41,282 nucleotides of DNA from Bigelowiella natans CCMP2755 (taxonomy: Eukaryota > Protista > Cercozoa): assembly GCA_000320545.1 (NCBI GenBank), contig ADNK01000836.1:1-41282 (forward strand). Direction: 5' to 3'. Below the pieces are notes generated by a model that did no database searches, was not told where the DNA came from, and was given only the letters and a program-made list of their open reading frames with translations. Position 1 is the stretch's first letter. The number at the start of each line of letters is the position of its first letter. Positions 1 through 12,326 of the stretch are shown piece after piece. Both the position numbers and the translations under genes were made by a program.

Positions 1-28
1 GGGGCGACAATGGTGCATCGACCCTCAG

Positions 29-172
29 CCCGCAGTCCTTGCTGCAAAAAAACGACGAGGCAATGATGATAATGAGCAAGCGCAAGATGCAGTCCGCACG
101 CGCCAGCAGCCCCAAAGCTGATTTCCTGCTAAAGAGTAGGAAGGAAATGGAAGAAGGCAGACGGCGACGTCA

Positions 173-203
<31 letters not shown>

Positions 204-350
204 CAACAGCAGGGAAGATCCCGGCAGCATGAGAGGGGGCGAGGAGGAGGCAGAGGAGGACAGGGTGATAGCAACAACAAGAAGAACAACGATGATCGCA
301 AGGAGGAGGACGGTGAGACCGAACCATCTGGCGCTGGCGCAGCACACTAG
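29..350 (+). CDS. Terminal exon of a gene starting upstream of the window; low-complexity, polyQ/charged C-terminus
   Basis: Acceptor ccctcag at ~28, then an open frame PQSLLQKNDEAMM...GAGAAH to TAG at 348-350. No recognisable domain. Confidence 0.6.
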
Positions 351-780
351 CATGCAATGCATAATTTGTTGGTAAGAGGAAGCTTGGTGCTGTCAGATAC
401 GTATTTACGTACAGCAAGTCTCTCTTTCGATGCCGTCAGCAAAGAAATCATGCCATAATAGAATGATAGTGACGTAACAATGCAAGGGTGTCTGCTCTAG
501 TGCTGTCCGCATGACTACATGGCATCGACACATGCATGCTATCATGGTATCTCTAGAAATGCGTTTTGTCCAGCATTGTTCAAGAACATCTCGATCTCAT
601 GTCTAGATGTGCTCATTGCTCATGCATCAGTGTGGCATGCGCTAGTGCGCGTCGGCATCGAGTGCACATTGTACTTCTATGATGCGTGTATATTTAGAAT
701 TTATAATTTTACAGCACGGCGACATGCACTACGAGAGAGTTTGTTGTCAGTCACTGGCTTCGATACGTTTATTAGAATGA
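350..780. other. CATG/TGCA/CTAG-rich intergenic island 1
   Basis: Dense gcatgc, ctag, tgca and catg words, no microsatellites; lies between convergent stops at 350 and 848. Confidence 0.65.
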
Positions 781-847
781 AGACTCCATCAAGAGCAGCT
801 TAAGTGCTGCGCTCTCCTAGGAGTCCTCGCTACACCGTTGTTGCTCA

Positions 848-1057
848 TCAGCTTTTCCTTCTTCTGGCGCCTGCATGGATGTCGCTCCCAAGCCTTTGTT
901 GCTATCTAACAACACGACGTAGATGGAGTGAGATCAAAGCTACTATATACGACCGAACTCAATAACATGCGCATTATAAAGACCCTCTCCCCCCCCCCTC
1001 CCTGCACAGCTATCGCGTCACATGCAACAGCTTATCACATCCTCCTCCTCGTCCTCC

Positions 1058-1093
<36 letters not shown>

Positions 1094-1184
1094 TCGCCAC
1101 CAGCCAGTAGACAGCTGAAACCTGGCTCTAGCAGCCCCCCCGCCGATGTATCTTGAGCGACTTCCATTGATGCTACCACCGCTG

Positions 1185-1231
<47 letters not shown>

Positions 1232-1842
1232 TGATTATAATAATAAGGGGAAGGGGAGCAGAAATAAGGAATCATCCGTCGGATGGATGACGACGCCGAG
1301 TAGAGGGAAGATAGCCCAATGAGTCGTACATAATGAGAATCTTGCAAAACTGGGAAAATCGCGAATTTTGACGGCATTAACGCAAAACAAAACCAAACCC
1401 CGAGGAGGCAACTTTCGCCTGGCGACAAATTAAACGGCCAGGACAAAAGGGGGGCATCGAAGGCTGCTGCTGCTGCTGCTACCTTCGTCGTCCCACTGGT
1501 GGTTGTATTTCCGAGCCCATTCGCGAAGAGATTGCCTCTGTGCTCCGTTCATCCGAGCTCTGATGTATGCATGCATGTGTGTGTGTGTGTGTGTGTAACA
1601 CTCATCGCATCGCCTTCTCCATCTAGTCTGTGGCTCCATGAGGCCACCCCCCCCCCCCCCCCTGTCTTGCTTCCCGTTGGTACGTCGGTAGTGTCAGTAG
1701 CGCTAGTAGGTATTTGTAGTGGTAGCGGTAGCATATTGTACGTACTTGGGTCGAAATGCTTTGATCTGCTGGAACGCCTTCACACAGGACGGCGCCTCGC
1801 CCGCACATAACATAGCAGCAGCCAACACCTGAATGTAATATT

Positions 1843-1882
<40 letters not shown>

Positions 1883-1890
1883 CATTTATT

Positions 1891-1929
<39 letters not shown>

Positions 1930-2289
1930 AGGTGCGCGCCACTCACCGTAGCGCTCCTGCCATGACCGTGGGCACAGTGAACCTTGGTGGACCAACAAAG
2001 TCAAGAGACAGTGGGGAGGGGGTGGGGGGAAGCATTATCATCTACATAAAAGTGTCATCAAGGAGCAGACGGAAGGGAGATAAGCGTTGATGTGTCTGTG
2101 GTTTGCTGTCAAAAGAAACGTGTGCTTGGAAAAGTTATGGCCGCACGCACCAGCACGCTGTGGTTCTTCTTCCGTAGATCTGCAGCCCAACTTTTGGAGA
2201 GAGGAGCACCCATCAATATAGATTATAAGAGATTGTGATGTGAAGGAGGAAAATGCGCATGTACACACGCACTCACATAGAAAGAGAGC

Positions 2290-2340
<51 letters not shown>

Positions 2341-2494
2341 GCCATCAACGCCCTCCCCATCATCATCATCATGATCATCATCGCTGAACTCCACGACATG
2401 GTATCTCTTCGCAGTTGAATCTCTGCATGGGAAGGGAAGGTACAATGGTGCTCTCTATAATCGGTAAGGAGGAGGAGGACTACGGCTACTACTG

Positions 2495-2530
<36 letters not shown>

Positions 2531-2734
2531 TCAAACACAATGTGTGTGTGTTGTGTGTGTGTATGTGTGTGTGTGTGTGTGTGTCTGTGCATTACTTTGC
2601 CACAGAGTCCATTTGCTCGGGGCTTGGCCCAGCCGCATCCCACAACGGCACGCATCGGTAGTGTTTCACCTGAAGGAGGAGGAGGAGGAGGAGTAATGAA
2701 GAGAAGAAAGGTGGTGCAAACAAGTGTGCGGGCA

Positions 2735-2785
<51 letters not shown>

Positions 2786-4027
2786 GATGTTTAATTGCAC
2801 TCCTCTCATTTAGCAGAACGAATGCATGCACGGGCGCCATCAGGAGGGAGGTAGTATAATTACACACATATCTCTCTCTCTCTCTCCCCACCCCAAACAG
2901 ATGTTGTTCCCATCCCACATCATCATCATCATCATCATCACACCTTATGCTGGGGCCCCACAGGATATTGGCGGGGGAGCTCGCAGGTGCAGTCCACGAC
3001 CTGAGTAGCAGTAGCAGTAGCAGTCGTTTGTTTGCTGGTTTTTAATAGGAAATAATAGGAGGAGGAACCCTCGAAGAATCAGGTAAACACAGCACACCCG
3101 CACCTCAAATAATACATGCATGTCGTGCCATATCGCGAGTGAAGATAAGCGGTCTTCTCGCAGTAGCTATAACAGAATTACAACTAGCACCAACAAACAG
3201 CCACCGACCGCGTCTGCAAGGGGGGGCAGTGCACTTTGGTCATGAGGCCATCCACTGATGTGCCAGCTCCCATTGCTGCTGGTGTCGCTCAGAGCCTCAG
3301 ATCTACGAATAGCAGCGGACGATGATGATGATGAAGAAGAGATGATGACGATGACGAGACTGCGAGGAGGACGATGACCGTCTTCACGTGCTCGATTCTT
3401 GGCGAAGTTGATGGTGATAATGATGCTGACATTCCATAATCGCACACACATGCACAAGCATGCAATTTATCATCCGTTCTTACATCAAGGCTCGGCGCGC
3501 GTGCAGGCGAAGGCGGTAGAGAACGTGGAACGGCATGAACGCAAAGTACGACCACCTAAGGAAGAGAAGCGGGAAAGGAGGAGGCGGGGGGGGGGGGGGG
3601 GATATCGACGCAATATCAATGCAAGTAGGGATGTAGACAGGCACATACTACACAAACAACGCTAGGCAGATGTCTTCTGAGAACTACGAGACTGTACTAC
3701 AAACTTCTTTGTATTCGCCAGCCACGTCAGCGTTTCTAGTATTCTCTCAGGGCCCCATCCTCCTACTCCTCCTCCTCCTCCTCCCCCGTTCTCAATCGTG
3801 GGGGCCATCGTCGTGTTTTGACTCATGTGTGAATCACCACCTACCATTGTATTTCTCCATCGGGACGCTTTCCGAGAAGCTGCACGTAATTTAGCTATTG
3901 CACGATATAAGCAACGATAATGAGAACAGAGGATGGATGCTGAAATTGAAACGTTTATGCATCATAACACCGTGCATGATTCTTTGCGCAAAGTCCTTTG
4001 CTACTTCTTCTACTACTACTACCACTG

Positions 4028-4058
<31 letters not shown>

Positions 4059-4176
4059 CACTATTACCGTGTCTGTGGAGGCGATGCTGATTGCCAGTCC
4101 AGCAAGCGCAGCGTGCAGAAGAAAGCCACGGAGGATACTATGATTTGTCACGTCGAAGCCATCTGAGACCGTGTCG

Positions 4177-4227
<51 letters not shown>

Positions 4228-4239
4228 ATTGATATATGA

Positions 4240-4276
<37 letters not shown>

Positions 4277-4640
4277 TAAATTATGCGTGTTTACATGTTT
4301 ATTGAAAAGGAAAAGAAAGGTATAGCAAAAACATGCAAGTGTGTTGTTCTCAACGGATGAAAGGGCAGTCTATCAATTTGTTGCAAGGACCCATGATCAT
4401 TAAAATTCCTGCTCCACACATGCCTGTGATCGTGTTAAGAATAACTATGAGGACGATGAAGATGACGATTATGCTGCCGAAAAGCTGAAATGTGAGGCGC
4501 AGACAACGATATCAGGATGTGCAGGAGCTCTATGTCTTCCGCTTCGTTTGTGTTGTGATTACCAAGCTGCGACGGATGTCAGCACTGTAGTTAGGCTGTA
4601 GATTGCGCTTGAGCCGCTGGGCCGGTTTCTGTTTGCCCAT
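848..4640 (-). CDS. Dual-specificity protein phosphatase, YnbD-like, with N-terminal membrane segment (multi-exon)
   Basis: Spliced exons read LNYVQLLGKRPDGEIQW / SYFAFMPFHVLYRLRLH / GSWHISGWP / VVDCTCELPR / YRCVPLWDAAGPSPEQMD / WAADLRKKNHSVL / VHCAHGHGRSAT (1947-1982, the HCxxGxxRS active-site loop) / VLAAAMLCAG...IKAFRP / ARMNGAQRQSLREW. Stop TGA at 848-850. 5' exons and start are uncertain. Confidence 0.88.
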
Positions 4641-4696
4641 GCTGCAACCTAGAAGGGAGAACGAACGATTACACAATAGCATTGGAACGTAGCATC

Positions 4697-6300
4697 TCAA
4701 GGTATATGCGTGGTAGGTGATGAGGAATATTTCGAAGGAGAATTAACTACATTTTCTGAGAGCTTGATGGCGGTATTGGTATTTGATTTCCATAATGCGG
4801 AAGGAGACGGCAGCAGCATGGAGGGCAGGGAGAACCTTCTACCAAGTTTTGGCCCACTTCCCTTCTTGGACTCTACAGTATCCGCGATAGCATTTTCTAG
4901 CCACTGCGTTGCCGATGTACCAGTTGATTCTTGCACTGATGTTTCATTTCTTTCCATCTTGGTGTCGTTCTTTTTTTTCTTCATCTTTGAAATGACCTCA
5001 TTTCCCCCATAGAGTTCCATCCAAGATTTGCGCGTACGAACGTTCTTTTGGGTCGAAATTTCGGAAAAGCGCGGTATAATTCTAGAATCTGAATTGGATG
5101 ATGAAGGGCTCATTTGTCCCTGTCTATTGGACGCGTTTTGATCTTCATCTGCCGTGCTCTTGAAGAATAGTCTGAACTTGACAGGCTTCCCATTCCGTCC
5201 CGTTTCCTTCAGCGTCTCCGCGAGTCGAGACCTGCGAGCTTCATCTTTGGGTAAGGTGTTCTTTGCATTTTGGTCCAAATTTGAAGGATTTAGAGCATGG
5301 GGATTTGTATTGTGCGGCAGGACGAGAAGGAGGGATAGAAACACACAGTAGGGGTGGCGGCCTCGCCGCCACACCATCGATGTCTAAAGGAGTCCCAGTG
5401 TTTCACGGTTTTCTCCCAGTTTTAATAAATTCTCCAACCCTCAAATCACCAAGGCTGGAACTATCGAGCGCAATCTCACTCCTCTTGGTGACACAGACTG
5501 CCTGAACAACCAAGGTGAGGGGGACCACAAGGGTATGCCAGTTAGAATCCAGAATTATTAAAGCGCTCTTGTCCTCGTTTGAGCATCTTCGCTGCACAAC
5601 GTCCCCGCAGTCTGGGCGGTAAAACAATGGAATAATAAATCTACGACAAGGAATAAAACCATATTTAGACTTGAATATCCATGTGACCCCGATTCAGGTA
5701 AGTGTGCATCAAGATGAATAATCTCTAAACTCGTGGAATTCTGCAACGGAAATAAAATCTCGCCTTGGTCTAAGCGCGCTGGATTCGGGTTTAGGCTGAC
5801 CTAACATCTGTTGTCGCAGAACAGCAATCTTAACTCTGAGTGGCGCGAATGTGTTTTGTTTCGCTTCTTTAGCTAAAATTTTCCGATACGGGATACTTTC
5901 TGAACTTCTTCAGAATTCGGTTTCTCTTTGACATTTCAGGCAACGCAGAACTCCCAGAACTTTCTCAAGATTCCTTGTAAATTGCTCGTTTCCCGCTCAT
6001 CTAGTCATTTCGGGCCGTCTCAAATGTCGTATTATGGAAACGCCATGTCCGGTTCAAATACCCCTGGAGCATCTAGGTTATTATCGTGCGACAATGGATT
6101 GGAGTTGACTCAGAAGGAAAAAAGGCCAAGACAACCAAATAATCCTCCGACATCGGAAGGCGGCTAGTCTCGACACACGTTGGAAGATTTGAGCAGTGGC
6201 TTCTTGGAGCTGGCGACGCTGGATAGCAGCACCCAACTTCGACGATGGGTACGAGCTTCTTTTACAAACCAAAACTGTAGCGGGCTGACCCGAAGGCCCA
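4697..6300 (-). pseudogene. Hypothetical gene with apparent in-frame stop and frameshift (pseudogene or unresolved splicing)
   Basis: Microsatellite-free 226-aa ORF at 4697-5377, Ser/Lys-rich. The upstream frame AVCVTKRSEI...GRKP hits TGA at 5403-5405, continues NTGTPLDIDGVAARPPPLL..., then must shift frame to join the downstream ORF. Further exon-like pieces lie at 5660-5800 and 6170-6280. Confidence 0.4.
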
Positions 6301-6416
6301 ACTTTAAGAATGGGGCAGTAATTTGTCGCAGATCAACGTGTGCAACTCTGCAAAACAGGACAAATGCAATCTCACAACCCGTCGGTTGCGTGCGATGAAA
6401 AACGTGTTCGGAAAAT

Positions 6417-8055
6417 ATGAAAAATAATACATTTGAGAATAAACCGACATTGTATTTTCAATCGTGACGAACTCTGTTTCTTTAAAAAAAAGGGGGGACT
6501 ATCAGCCTCACGGACAAGCTCTTCAATGCCATCGATGTGGATAAGGTTATTAGTGCCGAAGAGAGTGTGTTGGCACCGCGTATGGGCGAGTGGCGAGTTG
6601 ATACCTTAAAGCAGGGAGCTTTGAAATTCCATGGTGAATTTATTTGCAATTCAATGATGAATTTCACATTCAGAGTGGGTACCTGACAAGGGACGAGTTA
6701 CAAGATTGGTAAAAGCTTATGAAATTAACCGACAATGGTGAGTGTGCTAAGTTGATGTTATGCTAAACAGGTTCGGTCATCGGATCCCGAATCTAACGGA
6801 CGATGATAAAGAATCAATGCTACGATCCTTCCAAGGTGCCATTCCCTGCATCCCGTGCCTCCTTTTCCTCCCCTTAAATCCACGTTTGCAGATCATAAAG
6901 AAATTGGAAGGGAAGATTTCGCGCAATTTTTTAAGAATTGGACTGGAAATCAGCTTGAATCTGCGTCAGTCACAATAGTAAGGTCAGTAGCTGCGAAAGT
7001 CACTAGGACTCTGGTTGATTCACACATGTATTGTACGTGCGACATCATGTGTGTGTGTGTGTGTGTTTGAGTGCGTGTGTCTTGGGTCTGACTGAGACAA
7101 GCTGCAATGCGAATGGTTTTCCCCTATTCATAGGTTGTTCAATATGGAAAAGGAGGTAGCCCATTTTCCCAGTTGCCCCTCACTATGAAATGAGAACAAA
7201 ACTTAAGTTACTCTAATTCTTCCGTAGGTGCTTGACATCCTACATGAAATGGATATAAATGATGTAATAACCAGGCGGCAGAGACCGTGTCATTGCTTGC
7301 GTTTCACGTTCTTCATTTCTATATTAACCCATTTAGGACGGCCTGTTAGAGAGGGATGAAATAGCTGCCATATTGAACCCTGTAATATCATATCCATCTT
7401 AAAGTTAAACAAATGGCGTGATAGAACTGTGTTTGTGTTTTGATGTAACAGAGCGGAAGACTCGGGAATCACGCGAAACAGATCAGAGGTATGATTAAAG
7501 AGTCGACGATTTTTTGTCTCTCTGATCATTCTACTCCTATGATTCTATACAGGGCTTTTCCGGCTTCTAGATAAGGATGCGAGCGGTCGTACTATATACT
7601 CGCTTGTTATCACTTTCAATTTTGTTTGTCTTTCCGCTTCCTTCGATCTTTTATTCTCCCACACCCTCTTTATCCCTCTATTTCACCCACTAATTTGCTT
7701 CGTATATCATTCCAATAGGCTATATAACAGTTGAGGCAATGGGAAAGGAGTTCCTACGACATTACAAACTCGCAAGTAAAAATTATATGAAACCAAGAGA
7801 GTGTGTTAGCCGAACGAATAGGCGCATAATAATGAGCTTTTATTTCAGGCAAGAGCCGCTCCATATGTCCCTGCTTGTTCTGCGAACACATATATGACTC
7901 AATCTACAAAAGACGGCAAGATTCGGTACGTGAGCATTTTGTATCTTAAGCTTCTCACTAATAATCTGATATATGTAAAGATGTGCTGCGGAATGTGTAC
8001 TGGACTTAAATATATGGAAGCGTCCCAAGTTAACCATCTTAAGGCTCATAAGTGA
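6417..8055 (+). CDS. EF-hand calcium-binding protein (3 recognisable EF loops, possible Cys-rich tail), short introns
   Basis: Splicing rebuilds LFNAI-DVDKSGYLTRDE-LQDW, LHEM-DINDDGLLERDE-IAAIL and LFRLL-DKDASGYITVE. Tentative tail SICPCLFCEH...MCCGMC...HK* with TGA at 8053-8055. Start and last two exons are less sure. Confidence 0.82.
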
Positions 8056-8179
8056 GAAGCTGGCCCCGCATAGATTCACCTTCTGAGAATACATGGAATT
8101 TCAAATTTAGCTGCTACACCATGATCATCATTACTATCAGTCCAGCTGTTTTCAACATTAGATCTGATTAGCATTTTTT

Positions 8180-8870
8180 GATGATATGTGCATGAGAGTC
8201 GTGTGCTTTGACGGAATGCATCGCCCATTAATGAGCTGCTTGCGGTGCGCATGCAATAAAAGAACATTTTGTCTTGAAAACATCATGCTAGCAAATGACA
8301 CGTGCGTGCGCCGCACACCGGTCTAGCGGTAAGGTCTAGAGGTAGTGCATGTGGCATATTCTTCATGACACAATCACATCACAGCAACATTAGCGCTGTA
8401 GCCACTGCTTTGCACAGCTACATGAGGATGACCATAGAACAAATTTAGTTTGATTCATTACATCCGTCTTACAGCAGCACTACACACAGTGCATTATAGC
8501 ATGTGACATAATGCATGCCATTTCTTCTGCTGCACACATGCGCAATCATCGTCGCGCATCCGACGTCTGTCTGGCACAGCACAAGATGTGCGTGGCACCA
8601 TGCTCACTATATCACGTCTAAGCCGCCGCTGGATCTGTGCAGAGATGTGTCCATGCGCACAGACGTACATGCTAGCATGTGCTAAAGTGGGCTAGAACAC
8701 ATGGCACATTGCAATCATCCTCTGAACATGAGCAGAATGCATCGAGCAGGCATTGCGTGAACTCGCACGCAGGCGAAATGACAGCAGATGCACGACCGAA
8801 CGATGCACAGCTGCCAGCATGCCTAGATGCACCAGTGCTGTGCAAATTCAAACAACGCACAACGAGGCAA
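8180..8870. other. CATG/TGCA/CTAG-rich intergenic island 2
   Basis: Same composition; lies between convergent stops at 8055 and 9021. Confidence 0.7.
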
Positions 8871-9020
8871 GGACGTCATTGTTCTTGCTGTTTTTCTTAG
8901 TGCTGAGAGAAAACGCACTAGACCACCAAAAAGGAGCCCTGATGGGGGCCAATGAGGCATGAATGGGTGGATGAACAAGCATTCTGTTCCACTTGACAAC
9001 GATTGAACTTGTTTCAGCTT

Positions 9021-9499
9021 TCAAACTTCATTTTTCGGGACCTTCCGCATCTGTTTCTCCAGTGGGGCACCCAAAGCTCGTTCCAGTTCTTTGTTCAACA
9101 TTTGCAAGTGTGTCATGTCTCTGGCGAACACACGGATTCTATTTTCGATGATCTTTTGCTTGATCACATTCGTGATGTCAGAACGATATGGGCGGAACCT
9201 ACTCCTCAACACCGTATCACCGAACAAGCCTTTCGCCTCGATGTTTGCATTCACACCAACCAGATACTTGACGATCTCCAAATGGCCATTTCCAGCACCC
9301 TCAATCAATGACGTGTTGCCGTTACTGTCCCTCGCCTCAATATTTGCCTTCACATGACGGCCTCCAAATGACCATTTTTAGAGCCAACAATCAACGGCGT
9401 ACCTCTCCAGTCCTTCGGCTCTATATTTGCTTTTTGCTCAATTAAACGCTTCAGGTGAGGAAGGTCGTTATCACGTGCTGCTTCGTTGATGCCAGACAT
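9021..9499 (-). pseudogene. Intronless ankyrin-repeat gene with a frameshifting deletion
   Basis: MSGINEAARDNDLPHLKRLIEQKANIEPKDWRGTPLIVGSKNGHLEAVM* switches frame at ~9352 into KANIEARDSNGNTSLIEGAGNGHLEIVKYLVGVNANIEAK. The expected KYLVE-like residues of the repeat are missing at the junction. Confidence 0.8.
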
Positions 9500-9722
9500 T
9501 GTCCTCCGGACATGAGGTGAGATTTGGGCATCTTCCGAGACGCCATTTTTTACAGAACGACAACACGTCACGGAAGAAAATCCTAGAATCGGCATAGTTT
9601 TTTAGCCGTCGCTCAAAAGTTTGATGCTTTCGATATTTCCGGCGCGTATATTTACCAGGAATATAACGAGGAGCGTGCAAACGGAAGAAGGAAGGACGAA
9701 CACTCGGAAGAAGCTGCTCGTG

Positions 9723-10477
9723 ATGGAGTCGGAAGAAGTGCAGGAGCCGGCCATGGACGAGATAGGTGCGCCCCTTGCCGATCATATCTCTCAGCTTCCT
9801 TCTCATCATAACGAACATGCGTTGTTTCCTTCCGGTTGGGTGTGTGGGGCCCCCAACGGCGACGACGCGGCGTCGCTCGTTCCGTTAGGCCGGAAGAAGC
9901 ACTCTCGGCTGACGGTCGCCCGGCGCCTCTCCATCGCCATACCCAAACCCACCTACCGGTAGCACAGCATTTTTCCGAAAACGAAGCCATTTACCTGGAT
10001 TTACGGCCTCTTTCAACGCAGGCCTCAGAAAGCGCTGGGGTACACCGACACATCCAGCGTATTCGTGGCCGAAAACACCATCACGAGTACCAAGCATGCA
10101 CTGAAGAAGGTGAGCCGTGGGTTTGGGAAAATATTCTCCGCCTCACCACTCCGCACCACTAATAAAGGGGATGTTGAATTTATTCGGTGTGAATAAATAA
10201 CCGCGTGTCTACTTGCAGGTCTCCAAAGTGATACCGAAGAACGACGTGCGAAATGAGGCAAAATGCAACTACACACACACACACACGCGCACACACACAC
10301 ACACACACACACACATGCATACAAATGTGTATGCATATACTCTCTCGTGCGCACTGAAATATTATATCTCGAGGCGGGTCTTCATAATTCTACATTTAAT
10401 ACAAAAACTGCTACCACTACAACTCGTACTACTGCCGCTACTACTGTAATGCTGTACAATCAAGTTAAGAATTCATT

Positions 10478-10520
<43 letters not shown>

Positions 10521-11609
10521 CACCCAGGTCGAGATTATGGCGCGTGTAGCAGGTAATGCGTCTTTGCTATGCATTATAAGAGAGAACGGCAATGTTTATC
10601 ATGCTGATTTTCTTGCAACCGATGATGATACCGGTGGGATACAATAACTACCCCCGCTGGGAGGTTGCTGGTAGCTCGCTTCTCCTCACCCTTCTTCTTA
10701 CCCAGGACATCCCAACGTTGTGTCCCTGCACGACGCATACGAAGACAGGTCGTTGATTTACTTTCGATCGATAATGAAAGAATCGAGAAGTGATGAGCTT
10801 TTGAATCCCTCTAATTGAATTGAGTCTCGGGGGCAAGATTATTTCTGTTTTCGGATGAAACGAGTGTTGAGACTGACCGCTTGTCATCGGCTGTAAAGCA
10901 TAAGCTACGAAAGTAGCAGTGGCAAGTAGCAATGGCCTTAGTAGTCACGGTGGTGGTGGTGCTGGCGGCGATAATAAGAGCTTGTGAGTTTTTGGTCATA
11001 ATTGTTGTCGTGGAATAGTCATTGCTCATGCATACGTACCAGTAGTGACTTGCGTACTTTTTGGTTGCCGGAAACCACCTCCCCCATTCAGGAATCACTA
11101 TAATATCGTGATGGAGTTCCTCAAAGGTCGCTCCTCCCGTGCCGCCATTGATTATACTATTGCGCACACTTTGCCCAAAAACATAAAAGGCTGCATTCAG
11201 ACATTTTGTAGAGTGCCAGCCGCGTAGCATCTCCTCCTCTTCCTCCTCCTCCTCCTCCTCCTCCTCCTCCTCCCCCTCTTACCTACCTAACAATCTGCCA
11301 ACGTACGCTTCCTCAGGGGCATCACTCACGGAATTGCTCCTGAGGCATCGTATTGAGTCGGAGTACCAGGCCAGCCTGCTAATACGGTGAGCAGCAGCAG
11401 CAATAGTTCTCCCAACCAAAGCTTTTGTATGTGCACCCGTCCTAAATGAAGACGGACACCACGTTGCTTATGACCAAATAAATGGCAGCGCTGATGATTC
11501 CCGCACCGTGACAACGCGAGCGGCCTTGCCAGTGAGCAGGAAAATCATCAGCGTTTTCTTTGTAGCAAGTTCGGAGATTAGTATTCAAGATCCCATTCCT
11601 ACATGTTTA

Positions 11610-11655
<46 letters not shown>

Positions 11656-12275
11656 GAGCTACCTTTTCGAACCTATGATGCAATGGGAATACGAACGCCA
11701 AACTGCTATTTCTAACTGTGCTGCTGCGGGGTCTCATTGATGTGATGCAGGTGCATGCTGCTAGCCATCCAGCATATCCACAAGCTTGGGGTACATGATG
11801 ATAAAAGGGGAGGGGGGGGGGAGGGCGAAGAGAGAGTCATTACAAAAAAAAGAAAGCTCTCACCGCAGTATCATTTTTCAAAGGTAACATAAAAAACACC
11901 CCCCCCCCGCCCTCTTCCAGGTGGTACACCGTGACCTCAAACCGTCAAACTTCGTCTTCAGCGCTTCGATATCGAGCGCGAGCTTGGAGGCAGAAAAAGA
12001 CCAGCGGCATCGTCAGCCGCTCGCTCCGAAAGCTGCAGCAGCAGCAGCAGCAGCATCGACGGGAATGGGGGTGGCGATGACGACGGAAACAGCATCGTTG
12101 CTATCCTCATCATCATCTTCTTCTTCTTCTTCTTCTCCTTCGTCTTTATCGTTATCATCACCATTGCCAAATCAGCTCAGGACAATAAAACGGAGCAAGA
12201 GCTACGACGGTGCCCTACACACACACCATACACACACACACACACACACGCACGTACACACACGCACGTACGCAC

Positions 12276-12326
<51 letters not shown>

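Noticed and set aside
5403-5405. Selenocysteine or alternative-code reading of the in-frame TGA
   Set aside because: No redox motif or visible SECIS. TGA terminates other genes here, and a frameshift is also needed.
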